Positions 20,374 through 31,660 of a stretch of DNA of 64,000 bases are shown here, piece after piece. The stretch comes from Carpediemonas membranifera BICM (Eukaryota; Protista; Fornicata): positions 248,001 to 312,000 of the forward strand of contig JAHDYR010000014.1 of NCBI GenBank assembly GCA_019828565.1, given 5' to 3'. The notes beneath the pieces are model-generated. The model was given only the letters and a program-made list of their open reading frames with translations, made no database searches and was not told where the DNA came from. The position numbers and the translations under genes are program-made. The stretch's first letter is position 1. Every line of letters begins with the position of its first letter.

Positions 20374-21303
20374 ATGGACCCTCAGAAGTACCTGGAAACG
20401 CTTCGAAGCGGCAAATATCTTGCTCTGAAGGATGTAATACACTTGTTTATGAAGGCCTCTGAGATTCTTATCGAGGAACCTAACGTTGTCCCCGTCTCAA
20501 GTCCCGCTTCTGTTGTAGGCGACGTTCATGGCCAGTTCTACGACGTTAACTTCATGCTGGAGCAGATGGAGGTATACAACCAGAATTGCAACCGTAATTA
20601 CATCTTCCTCGGCGACTACGTCGACCGTGGCTACTACTCGATTGAGACTCTGTGCACTCTGCTTGTTCTCAAGGTCCTGCACCCCAAATCGATCACCATT
20701 CTCCGTGGAAATCACGAGTGCCGCGACACGTCTCGGATGTACGGCTTTTTCGACGAGTGCATGAGAAAGTACGGCACTCCCTCCGTGTGGCGCGCCGCCA
20801 CAGACATGTTTGATGCCATCCCCGTTGCTGCGGTCATTGACGGCAAGATCCTGTGTGTCCACGGTGGCATCTCCCCCGACATGGTCACCGTCGACCAGCT
20901 GAACCTGCTCCCCCGCGACGACGAGATCCCCATGGAGGGCACCCTGTGTGACATCATGTGGAATGACCCCGACCCCGCTGTCGAGGAGTGGGCCCAGTCC
21001 TCCCGCGGCACCGGCTTTGTGTTCGGCCACAAGGCGGTGTCGAAGTTCAACCGGGTCAACGGCCTCACCCTCATCGCCAGGGCCCACCAGCTGGCCGAGG
21101 AGGGTTTCAACTTCCCCCTCGGTGAGGAGGCCGGCCTGGTGACCGTCTGGTCGGCCCCCAACTACATGTACAGGAACCGCAACAAGGCGTCCGTCATGCA
21201 TGTCGACAGCGCCGCCCCCCACTTCTGGGTGTTCGACGCTGTGCCCGATGAGGACCGCGTCCCTCCTCCGGGAGACTTCTTCTTCCCTGCTGCATTCCTT
21301 TAG
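20374..21303 (+). CDS. PPP Ser/Thr phosphatase catalytic subunit, PP2A-like group (PP6/PP4-like)
   Basis: GDVHGQ, GDYVDRG, LRGNHE, HGGISP, RAHQL and WSAPNY motifs; ATG at 20374. Confidence 0.93.
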   Translation: MDPQKYLETLRSGKYLALKDVIHLFMKASEILIEEPNVVPVSSPASVVGDVHGQFYDVNFMLEQMEVYNQNCNRNYIFLGDYVDRGYYSIETLCTLLVLKVLHPKSITILRGNHECRDTSRMYGFFDECMRKYGTPSVWRAATDMFDAIPVAAVIDGKILCVHGGISPDMVTVDQLNLLPRDDEIPMEGTLCDIMWNDPDPAVEEWAQSSRGTGFVFGHKAVSKFNRVNGLTLIARAHQLAEEGFNFPLGEEAGLVTVWSAPNYMYRNRNKASVMHVDSAAPHFWVFDAVPDEDRVPPPGDFFFPAAFL

Positions 21304-22017
21304 GGTCCATGTGACTTCCCGGAGTCTCGAGAGAAACAGCCTTGGTCGACCCCGACGGATTCGTTTATACGATTAGGTAAATGAAGAACGTCAAATGGTG
21401 CATCTTTTTGGCCTCACTGATAATTTTCGCACCGAGGTCATCATGCGAGTTTAAGCCATTTTTGCCACAGTCATCAAGTCGCGCAGGCAAAGGCTAACAA
21501 TTATCAACAAGACTATACTCGAACGGGATCGCTACTATAGCAACTTCTTCGTTTCTTTACGTGTATATCTTGGTAACCAATCCAACCTGGATGATCGATA
21601 TGCCCCTCTTGTGCTGAGCGTGAAGCTTTTGGCGTGGTACTCCTCGGAGTAGCGGATGCAAGGCCCGCCATTGCCATTTGAAGATCGTGGAATCATTTTC
21701 CATGCACAGGAGGCTGTCTGACAGGTCTAATTATTAAGTAACATCAATTTCTCCTCGTCATTATCTCTTTCGGAACTTTACCGCATTAAACATAGTTCTC
21801 TGCGCGCAATCACCGTATTTGCCTCATGCCAGTAGTCTTTTAGACAGCCCGATTCTGTCCAGAATAAGAACAGCTTTTCTTTCCTAAACTCGCCAAACAA
21901 TGAACCGAAGGCTGGGCAGTTAGACCAGTAGCATCAGCCAGAGCCAGTCTTACCACTCAGCAAGCGTGGGCCAAACCACGTTCACCGTTTCCCAGGCTCC
22001 CTGACAACATCACACGG

Positions 22018-22908
22018 ATGGTGAGAATCGGCGCGCACGTTTCCATATCACCGAAGCCTATCGTAGCGGTGGACTCTGCGATTGCCCTAAAGGCCAATAC
22101 TATTCAGATTTTCACCCACAATGCTCGCAGCTGGAACTTCAAGGAGTTGGACGAAAAACAGCTTAAAGCATTCCGCGACGGTGTTGAAGAGGCATCGATA
22201 TCGCCTGTTATTGCCCATAGTGGCTACCTCTTGAATCCTGCTGCGACGGGGGAGAACTTCGACAAGAGCCGCGACAGCCTTGCCAAGGAGCTCGAGTATG
22301 CCGACGCTTTCGGGTGCAACTACCTCGTGGTTCACATGGGAAAGCACGGACTGAGCGTCAAGGCGAAGGCTAAGGCCGAAGATGTGGCCAAGTCAATAGA
22401 GGAGGGCATCGAGCGTATGGTGAACATGTTTACGGCCTTGAGGACTGAGATCATTGCGGCCAACACAATGATCATTATGGAGAACACGTCTGGCTGCGGG
22501 TCTAGCATGGGCGGTGATCTATCAGAGATTACGACGTTTATATCTAGGCTGCCCGATGACATAAGGCCAAAGGTCGGAATATGCCTCGACACCTGCCATC
22601 TCCACGCCGCCGGATATGGTCTGGACATCACTAGAGTCGCCAAGAGCGTGGCTAGGATACGCGCTGACGTCGACCTTTCTCTGGTCAAGGCCATCCACGT
22701 CAACGACTCGAAGGGGGCAGTCGGGTCTCTGCTGGACAGACACGAGCACCTGGGGCTCGGGGACATCGGGGCTGAGGGGCTTGGCGTGTTCTTATCAACG
22801 CCAGAGCTGGCTGGGCTCCCGTTGATCTTAGAGACACCCGTGGATGAGAAGAATGGTCATGAGACCAACATGAGGGCCCTCAGACGCATAGTGGCACGCA
22901 AAGGATGA
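22018..22908 (+). CDS. nfo: Endonuclease IV (AP endonuclease 2 family, Nfo/Apn1)
   Basis: IGAHVS, HSGYLLN, ENTSG, CLDTCH, HVNDSK, DRHEHLG, ETP metal-binding motifs. Confidence 0.93.
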   Translation: MVRIGAHVSISPKPIVAVDSAIALKANTIQIFTHNARSWNFKELDEKQLKAFRDGVEEASISPVIAHSGYLLNPAATGENFDKSRDSLAKELEYADAFGCNYLVVHMGKHGLSVKAKAKAEDVAKSIEEGIERMVNMFTALRTEIIAANTMIIMENTSGCGSSMGGDLSEITTFISRLPDDIRPKVGICLDTCHLHAAGYGLDITRVAKSVARIRADVDLSLVKAIHVNDSKGAVGSLLDRHEHLGLGDIGAEGLGVFLSTPELAGLPLILETPVDEKNGHETNMRALRRIVARKG

Positions 22909-23206
22909 TCGGCACGTGGCTATAAATATAGGTTGCCGTTTTCGAAACACTCATTATTCCAAGAAGAAACTGAACCGAGGGTCGTGGGAAGATCTTGCAC
23001 TTGGGCGGCAGGGGAAGACATGGATGTAATCACTTGGGCGCAGGGAGTAGTGCGGGAGACAAAGACATCAACGAATGACCGATGGACACTAATAACGAAT
23101 ATATTCGTTGATTTTTGCTTAAACTGCACAAGCACACGTGGAATTCGAAATCAGAGGACAAATCACGAGCAGGATGCCCGTATTTGGCCACCAAAGAAGC
23201 GATCTA

Positions 23207-26200
23207 ATGCGTTTATCGCTATTTCTCTTGCTTGTACACTATTCTCTCTGTTTAACAACGATAACTTTTGGACAATCGGCCGCTTTAACAGGTGACGCCC
23301 AGGATCTCGGTACCAACATGCGCGATGGTATTCTCGCCGCGTTTTCCGCCTACAACAGCGAGCAAACCGCCTTTGATGTCCAATTGGTAAGCCTGGATGA
23401 CGGCTACGAGCCCGCCAACACCCTGACCAATACGGACATTCTCGTCAACGACACCGGTGTATTCGGCCTCCTCGGATACACTGGCACGCCCACCGTGTCC
23501 AAGATCTTCGACGACGTGATGTACCACGAGGTGCCCCTCATCGGCTCCTTCACTGGGGCCCGTTTCCTCCGTGACCCATTCAACCCGCACGCCCTCAACC
23601 TCAGGGCCAGCTACGATGACGAGATCATGGGTGTTGTTCAGTATTTGATCAGCAAGGGCCGCACGTCATTTGCTACATTCGTTCAATTTGATGCGTTCGG
23701 TCAGGCAGGCCTCAACGCCCTCGAGCTGGCCCTCGAGAGCTTCAAGCTCCCCGTGCTAGCAGCAGGCACTTATGTACGCGGTACAACAGACATCACAGCG
23801 GGTGCTACCGCCATCCGCGACGGTCTTGGCACCAACATCCCCGATTGCATCATCATGACCGGAACCGCTGCAGCTCTCGCCGCATTCGTCGCCGAGATGC
23901 AGCCCGAGTACCCCGATACTGTCTTCTATACGGTCTCTTTCGTCGGACCCGAGGCGTTCTCTGCTGCCCTGCTTGCCGCGGACGTCGACCTGACCAACAT
24001 TCTCGTCTCGCAGGTGGTACCATACTTCCCCGACGACGGCTTCTCCATCCTCACAAGCTACGAGGCTGACATGGCCGCGTACGACCCAACCGCGTCAGTC
24101 GGCTTCGGCACGCTCGAGGGGTGGATGGTGGGCAAGCTCGTCACCACCACCCTGAACCGGATGAGCTCGACGACGATCACTAGGGCCAGTTTCCTCGACG
24201 CTCTGTACATGAGCGGTCTCTTCCACTTCGACGACATCCGTGTGGGTCCCTACGGCTACGAGTGCGAGTCGGAGTACTCCTACAGCGGTTGTGCGTGCTC
24301 CCAGGGCATGCACTTCGTCTACCTGTCTTCATTGAACTCAGACGGGTCCTACTACCGCGTGTATGACCACTACTTCGAGTACTGCGGCGCCATGAACGCA
24401 GACGACACCGAACCCGCCCTCCTCGTCGGCCAGTCCGCCCCCCTCTCTTACAGCGCCTCTATTGGGGATGTAGGGCGCGGTGTGAGGGCCGGGACCGCAC
24501 ACGCGTTCATTGACGCCAACGCTGCGGGCCTCCTTCCCTTTGCCGTGGTGATGCTCTCACTTGATGACTCCTACGACGCCACCAAGACAGTCGCCCAGGT
24601 CGATTTACTTATCAACACGTACGGCGTGGTCTCTCTTCTTAACCTGGTCGGCACATCGCAGGCCCTCGCTGTGATACCCGAGTACACCAACGTCTCTGGG
24701 TCCGTCACACCCGTGGTCGGCGTCTACAGCGGCGACCGGTCCTTGAGATCGGAGGGCTCCGTTGTCAACATCAGAGCCAGCTACGACGCCGAGGTCGCCG
24801 TGATGGTTGACCACGCCATCGAGCAGGGCGAGGTGCAGCAGTACGTCTTGTTCCGGCAGGACGACGGGTTCGGCCAGAGCGGCGAGGATGCGTTGAATCT
24901 GAGCCTAGCTTTCATCAACCTGACCATCGCCGCCGTGGGTACATATCCGAAAGGCACGACAGACGTGAGCCAAGCCATCCAGGACCTCTTCCACTCCGAC
25001 ACGTTCGACATGACCAAGGACTACGCGGTGATCATGATGTGTACCCCAGAGGCAGCTGAGGAGTTCTTACTGGCAACCATGAGCGACAGATCGAGTGATG
25101 ACCTCATGAACGCCTGGTTTTATATGACGAGCCTCAGCCTCGAGACGATGTCGTCAAGAATCGGATCCTATGTGGTTGACAACGATATCAGCAGGATCTA
25201 TCTGACCAACGTGGTGCCCATGCCGACTGACTTCGAAATCACCTTCTCCGACTCCGAGTTACACGGTCTCATGTACAGCAACGCCAGCCAAGTTTCTGCT
25301 GTCGAGGGCTATCTGGCGGGGTGGCTCTTTGTGCAGGCCCTCATCCGGAGCGGCGTGCGGACAGCGGCGGAGGTGACCCCGGACGTCATCCTCGAGAACA
25401 CCGTTGGTAGTTTCGTCCTCAGCGATGACATCACTGCCGAGCTGACCGATAGTTGCAACCAGGGCCTGCGCCAAGTCCAGCTGCTTCAGGTCCGCGGCGA
25501 CTCAGGCACGTACTCCGACTACAACCGCGTCTCAATCAGCGGGGACGACTGGTATACGTTCACCGAGTGCACCATGCACGACGCTCTCAAGGAGGCCGAC
25601 TGCGACGCGGGCTACCAGCCCCTATTCGACACCTCTGAGTTCGTGGCGACGGCGTGTGCGGCATGCCTGCCTGGCACATTCAGCGCTGACGGCCAGGGCT
25701 GTGAGGACTGCCCCGCCGGCTATGTTACCGACAACCTAGGCGCCATGGAGTGTTCGCCCTGCCCCTCAGGGTACTACCAGGACCGCGACGGCTCCTCTTA
25801 CTGCGTACAGTGTGACACTTTCTCATACAGCAGCGAGGCTGGCGCCACTGAGTGTGTCGCGTGTCCAGACAACTCCATGGTCACGGTCTCGGACGGCGCG
25901 ACCTCCCTTGCCCAGTGCATGTGCCGCGGCGGGTACTTCGGCAACGCGTCCATCGAGGCGTGCACCGCCTGTCCTGACGGGGCGACGTGCTGCAAGGACG
26001 CCTCCTGCCTGTACGGCGTGGTTGACCCCCTGCCCCAGCCCGGGTACTACAAGTACGACCGCGACACCTTCCTCGCCTGCATCCCGGCCGACGCCTGCCT
26101 CGGGTCCGTCGCCCAGTACGGCGACGACGTCACAGCCGACGAGGACGCCGCCAACCGTTGTGAGGAGGGCTACGACGACTTTTTGTGTGGCTCCTGCACG

Positions 26201-28304
26201 ACAACATATTACCGCGCTGACAACATGTGCAACAGATGCACCGGATCTGCCCTTATGGATGTCATTAGAGGCCTCGGGCTGCTCGTGGGCACGTTTGTCG
26301 TGGCGTTCGTCGTGATGGTTGTCTCTACGATGATGCAGATGACCATGCCTCTGCTCGACATCGCTCTCGACTTCTTCAACCTATGCACCATACTTTCATT
26401 CGTCGACATCAACTGGCCCAGCCGCTTCTACTCCCTCTTCTCGTTCACAGGCATCTTCACCCTCAATATTGAGTTCTTCGCCCCGGCGTGCGTCGGAGTC
26501 CTCCGCCCCATCTTCAATGACATCTACCTCAGGTCCGTGGTATGGCTCGTCTTCCCCTTCCTCTACATCCTCGTCTGCATCCACGTGTTCATCGGCAGCA
26601 CGATGCTCTCATTCATTCTCAGCAAGCCCGACCTCACCAGTGCCAACGCCAACGTGTCGAACTACGATGTGTTCAGGACCGTCATCGGCTCCCCCGGCTA
26701 CCTACACCACATTGGTCGCGTCCTTTGTCCGTTTCCTCATGTTTTTCTTCCCAGGCATGCTAGTCCAACTCGTTTCACCCCTAATCTGCGCGCACCAGGA
26801 CACAGTCTTTTACAACTCCAGAGCGCCTCAAGTACAGTGCACCGGCCTTGAATGGAACATCTGGCGGGTCATTATTGTCGTCCTCACGATCATCATCGGT
26901 ACTGTCCCGGTTGTCCTATTCGCCGCAGCCGCGACCCGCATCAAAGCCATCAGACACAACGTCCAGCTGGCCAAGCTCAAGAAGCAGTCACTCAAGGAGG
27001 CCCGCAAGAACCGTGCGCGGTCGGCCAACGGCTCCAGCCGCGGGTCATCCAGAATCAGTGGCCGTGCGAAGGGTGGCTCCTCAGCTGGAGAGTCCAGCGG
27101 GTCTCACGGGTCTTGGTCGGCCATACTCGGGAACAAGCTGCAGAATAAGGCTGGCGGGTACTTCAAGCACGCGATATGGCCGGCCATCATCCCCTTCAAG
27201 ACGTCGTCGTTCTTTGTATTCAACATGCTCCAGCTCAGGACCGTTGTTCTCGTCCTCATCGTCATTTTCGTCGACAAGGCGGTCACCCAGCTGTTCTGGA
27301 TGGGCGCTTTCACCGTGACCTACCTGGCCTACATCCTCCAGGCACGGGCGTACAGACGGCGGTGTCACGTCATCATCTCTGGCGCCACCCATCTTATATT
27401 CTGCGGGTTGCTCTGGTTTGGATTCATACTCATCGAAGACACGTGGGAAGAGGCCTCTATGCAGGTCCTCGTCGTCATGCTGCTGGCCGCCATGGCAATC
27501 ATCTATGTCCCATTCGCGGTGTTCGATTCGAAGGTGCTCTTCCCCACCAGCGCCATCAAGGGCGTCCTTGTCCTCATCAGAATGCGCCTCATCGAGCGGT
27601 CTTGGGGCAGGCATCTCCTCATCAAGCTCGAGAAGCTCGAGGACGTCTTCTACGTCTCTTACTACCGGCTCCGCGACAAGGTAGTCGAGTACAACCGGCG
27701 CAGGTGGGATAAGGCTGCGAAGAAACGCAAGATCCGTGAAGACAAGGAGCGGGCAAAGCAGAAGCGCAAGGCCGAGAAGGAGGAAGCCCGTCGCAAGGCC
27801 GTCCAGCTCTTCAGCATGGGAGCCGCCGCGGAGCTAATGCTGAACAACGAGGACAGCACGCTCGTCCCCAGCCCCGACGCCCCCAAGCACCTCAGGTCAT
27901 CTAGCGGCACTCTCGGGGTGGGCAGTGATGCGACGTATGATCACATCCTCGCACAGAAGCCCCCGACTGACCTCCCCAAGCCGAAGAAGCGGCTGTCCAT
28001 CGCTGACGGCGAGCCCGAGGAGATCCCCAGAGAAGTATCAAGGTCGACACCGCTCCCAAGCGACCCAAGGCTGCGGGAAATCATGGCGAACCTCGACACG
28101 AAGCTGGGTAGGGGCGTGCAGCAGTCGTCTGTCGGTGACCTCACTGAAGAGAGCTCCGACGGTTCGAACTTCACTACGCCGAGACCCCCTGCTCTTGATG
28201 ACAGCTTCTCGAGTGGATACGAGTCGGGCTACGACGACGAGAGTGATGGCCCAAGCCGTGCTATCGTCGAGAACAGCGAGGATTCGGGACCGGAGAGCAA
28301 TTGA
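23207..28304 (+). CDS. Large receptor-like membrane protein: signal peptide, two periplasmic-binding (LivJ/PBP1-type) domains, Cys-rich repeats, multi-TM region; frameshift at about 26691-26695
   Basis: Two copies of GQSA.L.G...LDD(G/S)Y...N(L/I)RASYD.E...(Q)DxFGQxG; CxxCPxG repeats; TM helices continue in the +1 frame (GSP|ATYTTLVASFVRFLMFFF) if one C of the CCCCC run is removed. Confidence 0.8.
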
Positions 28305-28689
28305 GCTGTGCAAATCTGTCATATCTATTTTATAAATTCGGATTCATCAAAACCTGATTACTTTCCTGTGGAACGCACATTTCGGATTTGGAATGATGTG
28401 GGGCAGAAGATTATAAGCATGCAGAGCAAGCCTATGTGCTGGCGGCCGGCGGGGATCCTGCCTTGCTCCCGAATCCACACCACTATGGAAGAAAAACGGT
28501 GATATACTGCTGATCAACGTTCAAGAATGAGTCAGTCAAAGATCTAGCGTGAGTATCGCGGGTTGCCGCTCAATATGGTGCAGTGTGCTTAGTATAAATC
28601 GCTTGATTCTGTGTAAATCGGGTCGATCTTTTGAAGTCAAATCGGGTCTTGTGGTTCTGTTCTTGCGACGAGGCGTAAAGAATTACTCA

Positions 28690-30000
28690 ATGGGATTGGA
28701 ACTAATTCTTGATGGCCATGCCTGGCTCATCGCCCTACCCCTCTCAGTGCTCCTTGGAACCGCCATGATGGCGTTTGCTTACTACGTTATCGACAAGTAC
28801 GTATATGAGGGCTTTTTCCACGAGATCTTCACTTCCGTACACGGTTACTACGTTCTCATCGCCATTGTCCAGGCCCACTTCCTCAGCAACCGCTTCATGC
28901 CCATCGGCAAGCCGCACACGCTCAGGGAATGGCTTCCTGCTCTCATCGGCAGCTCCAGACACCTCTTCGGAGCGGCTGCAGCCATTGTCGCCTACACCGC
29001 GCTTCGGCTGATCATGACGCTGCTGGACATCCCCAAGGACCACCAGGGTGCGGGCCACAGCACGGCGATTGTCCTCGGTTTCTTCATAGCTGCCTTCAAC
29101 GACACGTGCTGCGACAGCTTCCTTGATAAGTGGATCAAATGGCCCCCGTTCCGCATTGCACTGTGGTTCCCCTTCCTTGTTGCCGGCTGGCTGGCGGTCT
29201 ACTACCTCCCCATCGGCATCGGGAACGCCATGGATGACTTCAACGGCACCCGCTGGATCGGCGCCCTCGCCATCCTCCAGTGGGTTATCGTTTCCAACCT
29301 CATCACCGGCCTGCATCTAAACCAGGTCTGGGCGGAGGCCCGCCAGTCCGAGGCCTTCCCCTTCACCCCCGCCGCCGTCGCCCTCATTCGCACTGCCCTC
29401 ATCATCGTGTGCGGCGTGTTCGCTGCCTTCTTCGCCTTCACCGTGGCTCGTACGACGTCTCCCGGTGCGACTGTCGAGGAGGCGTGGCACTGGGTCATGG
29501 CCCTCGGCACCCAGCCCCTCATCACCCTCATCACCCTCTCCTTGTACACCCCCAACTTCGCCTCTGTCAAGCCCCTCAGCGCCAGAGTCATGGTTCGTCT
29601 TCTCATCATCGCCTTTGGTGCCGCGATCAACTTCTCCATCGAACATCTCGTCTTCAACACAGGCTTCCTCGGAGCCAGCAGAGACGAGCTTTACCACCGA
29701 CCCACGGTCGCCCTCAACTTCGCCATCTCCATCATGCCACTCTCCCACCACTGGTTCTCGGGCCGTTGGGGTTTTATCCTCAACCGTGACCCCGATTTGC
29801 CTGTGCACGCTGAGCCCGCCGCCGAGGAGGAAGCTGCTAAGATCGAGGAGGAGGCAGCCGACTTTGTTCCCGCGTACCCTCTCTGCGACAGCACCCCCAG
29901 CCTTGAGACCAACGTTGACGACAAGTTTGGTGATGTAGTCGTCGACGAGAGTCGGCCAGACAGCCCCAAGAACGAGCTGCTCGAGGATGACAGAGAGTAA
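28690..30000 (+). CDS. Multi-pass membrane protein, unknown family (putative transporter)
   Basis: About 10 hydrophobic segments, acidic tail, strong codon bias; ATG at 28690. Confidence 0.75.
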   Translation: MGLELILDGHAWLIALPLSVLLGTAMMAFAYYVIDKYVYEGFFHEIFTSVHGYYVLIAIVQAHFLSNRFMPIGKPHTLREWLPALIGSSRHLFGAAAAIVAYTALRLIMTLLDIPKDHQGAGHSTAIVLGFFIAAFNDTCCDSFLDKWIKWPPFRIALWFPFLVAGWLAVYYLPIGIGNAMDDFNGTRWIGALAILQWVIVSNLITGLHLNQVWAEARQSEAFPFTPAAVALIRTALIIVCGVFAAFFAFTVARTTSPGATVEEAWHWVMALGTQPLITLITLSLYTPNFASVKPLSARVMVRLLIIAFGAAINFSIEHLVFNTGFLGASRDELYHRPTVALNFAISIMPLSHHWFSGRWGFILNRDPDLPVHAEPAAEEEAAKIEEEAADFVPAYPLCDSTPSLETNVDDKFGDVVVDESRPDSPKNELLEDDRE

Positions 30001-30121
30001 GCTGGGCTTATAAATGCTCTCTGGTTACATGGAGTTGGCTAGACACGCAGTAAACGCCGGCCTTGCCTGCTTTGGTGCATGGATGCTGACTGCTGTTGAC
30101 TCGAGGGCGCCTGACGAAACA

Positions 30122-30820
30122 ATGCTAAGTCTCTTCCAATGTCTTAGTGGCCGCAATATCTGTGCGAATGTTGGCCTCAGAAGCCTCACCATCACTGCTA
30201 ACAAGACATCGCTGCCCAACTACTTCCGGTTCCAGACAGATGTTCCCATCGACGCTCAGCTCGACAACAAGCGTCTCCTAGAGTTCAGCAGACACACCAG
30301 CAGCGGGTCTCAGCTTGCTACAAAGCTGTTCGACCACGACAGTGTCCGTATGGTGCTTCTCGGTCGTGACATGGTTGTGCTTCGTCTTGCCCAACGCGAG
30401 GACTTCGACACTCTTGCTAATCCCATCAAGAGCGACATCACATCCTTCCTAGAGAGCGGTGCAAGTGCCATTGAGCATCCCAAGCAGCCTGACGACGGTC
30501 TCAAAGACCTCACCATCCCAGTGCCCGACCCGATCGAAGGGGTCCCACTCCACATGGTTCACCTCCAGAAGGTACTCGATGTCGCCATCAGACCGACACT
30601 GAGGGCTGACCGTGGCGACCTTGACATCGTCGACTTCACGCCCCTGGAGGATGACAGTGTGGACGAGGTCACTGGTTACCCCAGAGGAGTGCTGTACGTC
30701 AGGCTGCAGGGGGCGTGTGCAGGCTGCCCTCACAGCAAGCAGACCATGCGCGGGTTTGTTGCGAACGTTGTCGGCCGTTACCTGCCAAATGTTGTCGACG
30801 TGATTGACGTTGACGCGTAG
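30122..30820 (+). CDS. NFU1: Nfu1/NifU-like Fe-S cluster carrier, probably targeted to the mitochondrion-related organelle
   Basis: IRPTLRADRGD...LQGACAGCPHS (NifU_C CxxC) plus an Nfu-N-like domain; N-terminus MLSLFQCLSGRN resembles a presequence. Confidence 0.88.
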   Translation: MLSLFQCLSGRNICANVGLRSLTITANKTSLPNYFRFQTDVPIDAQLDNKRLLEFSRHTSSGSQLATKLFDHDSVRMVLLGRDMVVLRLAQREDFDTLANPIKSDITSFLESGASAIEHPKQPDDGLKDLTIPVPDPIEGVPLHMVHLQKVLDVAIRPTLRADRGDLDIVDFTPLEDDSVDEVTGYPRGVLYVRLQGACAGCPHSKQTMRGFVANVVGRYLPNVVDVIDVDA

Positions 30821-30956
30821 AACATCGGGCGACGTTGCCCATTATAGTTCACTGCAGTAAAGTGCTATTGACACTTGTCTTGGTCTGAAAGCGTTTGGGA
30901 GCTCAGTTGTTCTGATGGTTTCATTTTGCGCGGCGCACAGTTGAGCGCGAAACAAA

Positions 30957-31490
30957 ATGTCGTTCCCCATTCGCAGTAGGAAGTTTAAAGAGGTCACAGC
31001 GGACACAGCGATGCTTCCAACAAAGCTCTCTAACCTGGATGATGGACAGGAACCCTATATGGCGCCGCACGACGTCGGCTCGGCCAATCTCAGTCCATTC
31101 AGACCAGTTGGCTTCCAGATGCACCAGACACTCGCACAACCACCCCATACCGTTAGTAAGAAGCTTTTCGACGCCACCCGCCAATACTTCCAGCGACCAA
31201 CAGAGCCCGAGCTCGCTTTCGACCTGGGATGGGATGTAGAAGCGCCCGAAGCGACGATTGCGACATGCCAGCACTGCTCGGCGCAGTGGCGGGAGTGCAT
31301 GCAGTGCGGCTACTGCGCCAAGCTGGTCTGCGCCCAGTGTGCCCGCCAGTGCACCGCATGCCATGACGTGTTCTGTCCCCTGTGCGCCACAGAGGACTAC
31401 TCCGGCCTCTACGACCAGTCCATATGCCTCGACTGCCGTGACGACCGGCATGACCAGGAGCGGCTTAAGACGCATGGAACTTACAAGTGA
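30957..31490 (+). CDS. Siva-like Cys-rich zinc finger protein
   Basis: CxxC...CxxCxxxxCxxCxRxCxxCxxxFCxLC...DY....ICLDC spacing matches the Siva C-terminal region. Confidence 0.7.
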   Translation: MSFPIRSRKFKEVTADTAMLPTKLSNLDDGQEPYMAPHDVGSANLSPFRPVGFQMHQTLAQPPHTVSKKLFDATRQYFQRPTEPELAFDLGWDVEAPEATIATCQHCSAQWRECMQCGYCAKLVCAQCARQCTACHDVFCPLCATEDYSGLYDQSICLDCRDDRHDQERLKTHGTYK

Positions 31491-31660
31491 TGAGGAGCAC
31501 CATAGCGGGTCGAGGAATAGCTGTGGCAACGGGGCTGGTGTACAAATCTGATAAACGTAGCCGTGCGATTTGGCATGATTTGTCCAATTTACGTGATTTA
31601 CGGCCGAGAACATTAATCCCTTCAGCGACGAGCTGGCCACCGGTGTTCTCTATCCCTTGG

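Noticed and set aside
21304-22017. Possible small gene or ncRNA in a 700-bp AT-richer gap
   Set aside because: No convincing ORF, tRNA or recognisable RNA motif
26654-26676. 23-nt GT-AG intron to fix the receptor frameshift
   Set aside because: Removal leads into the wrong (third) frame
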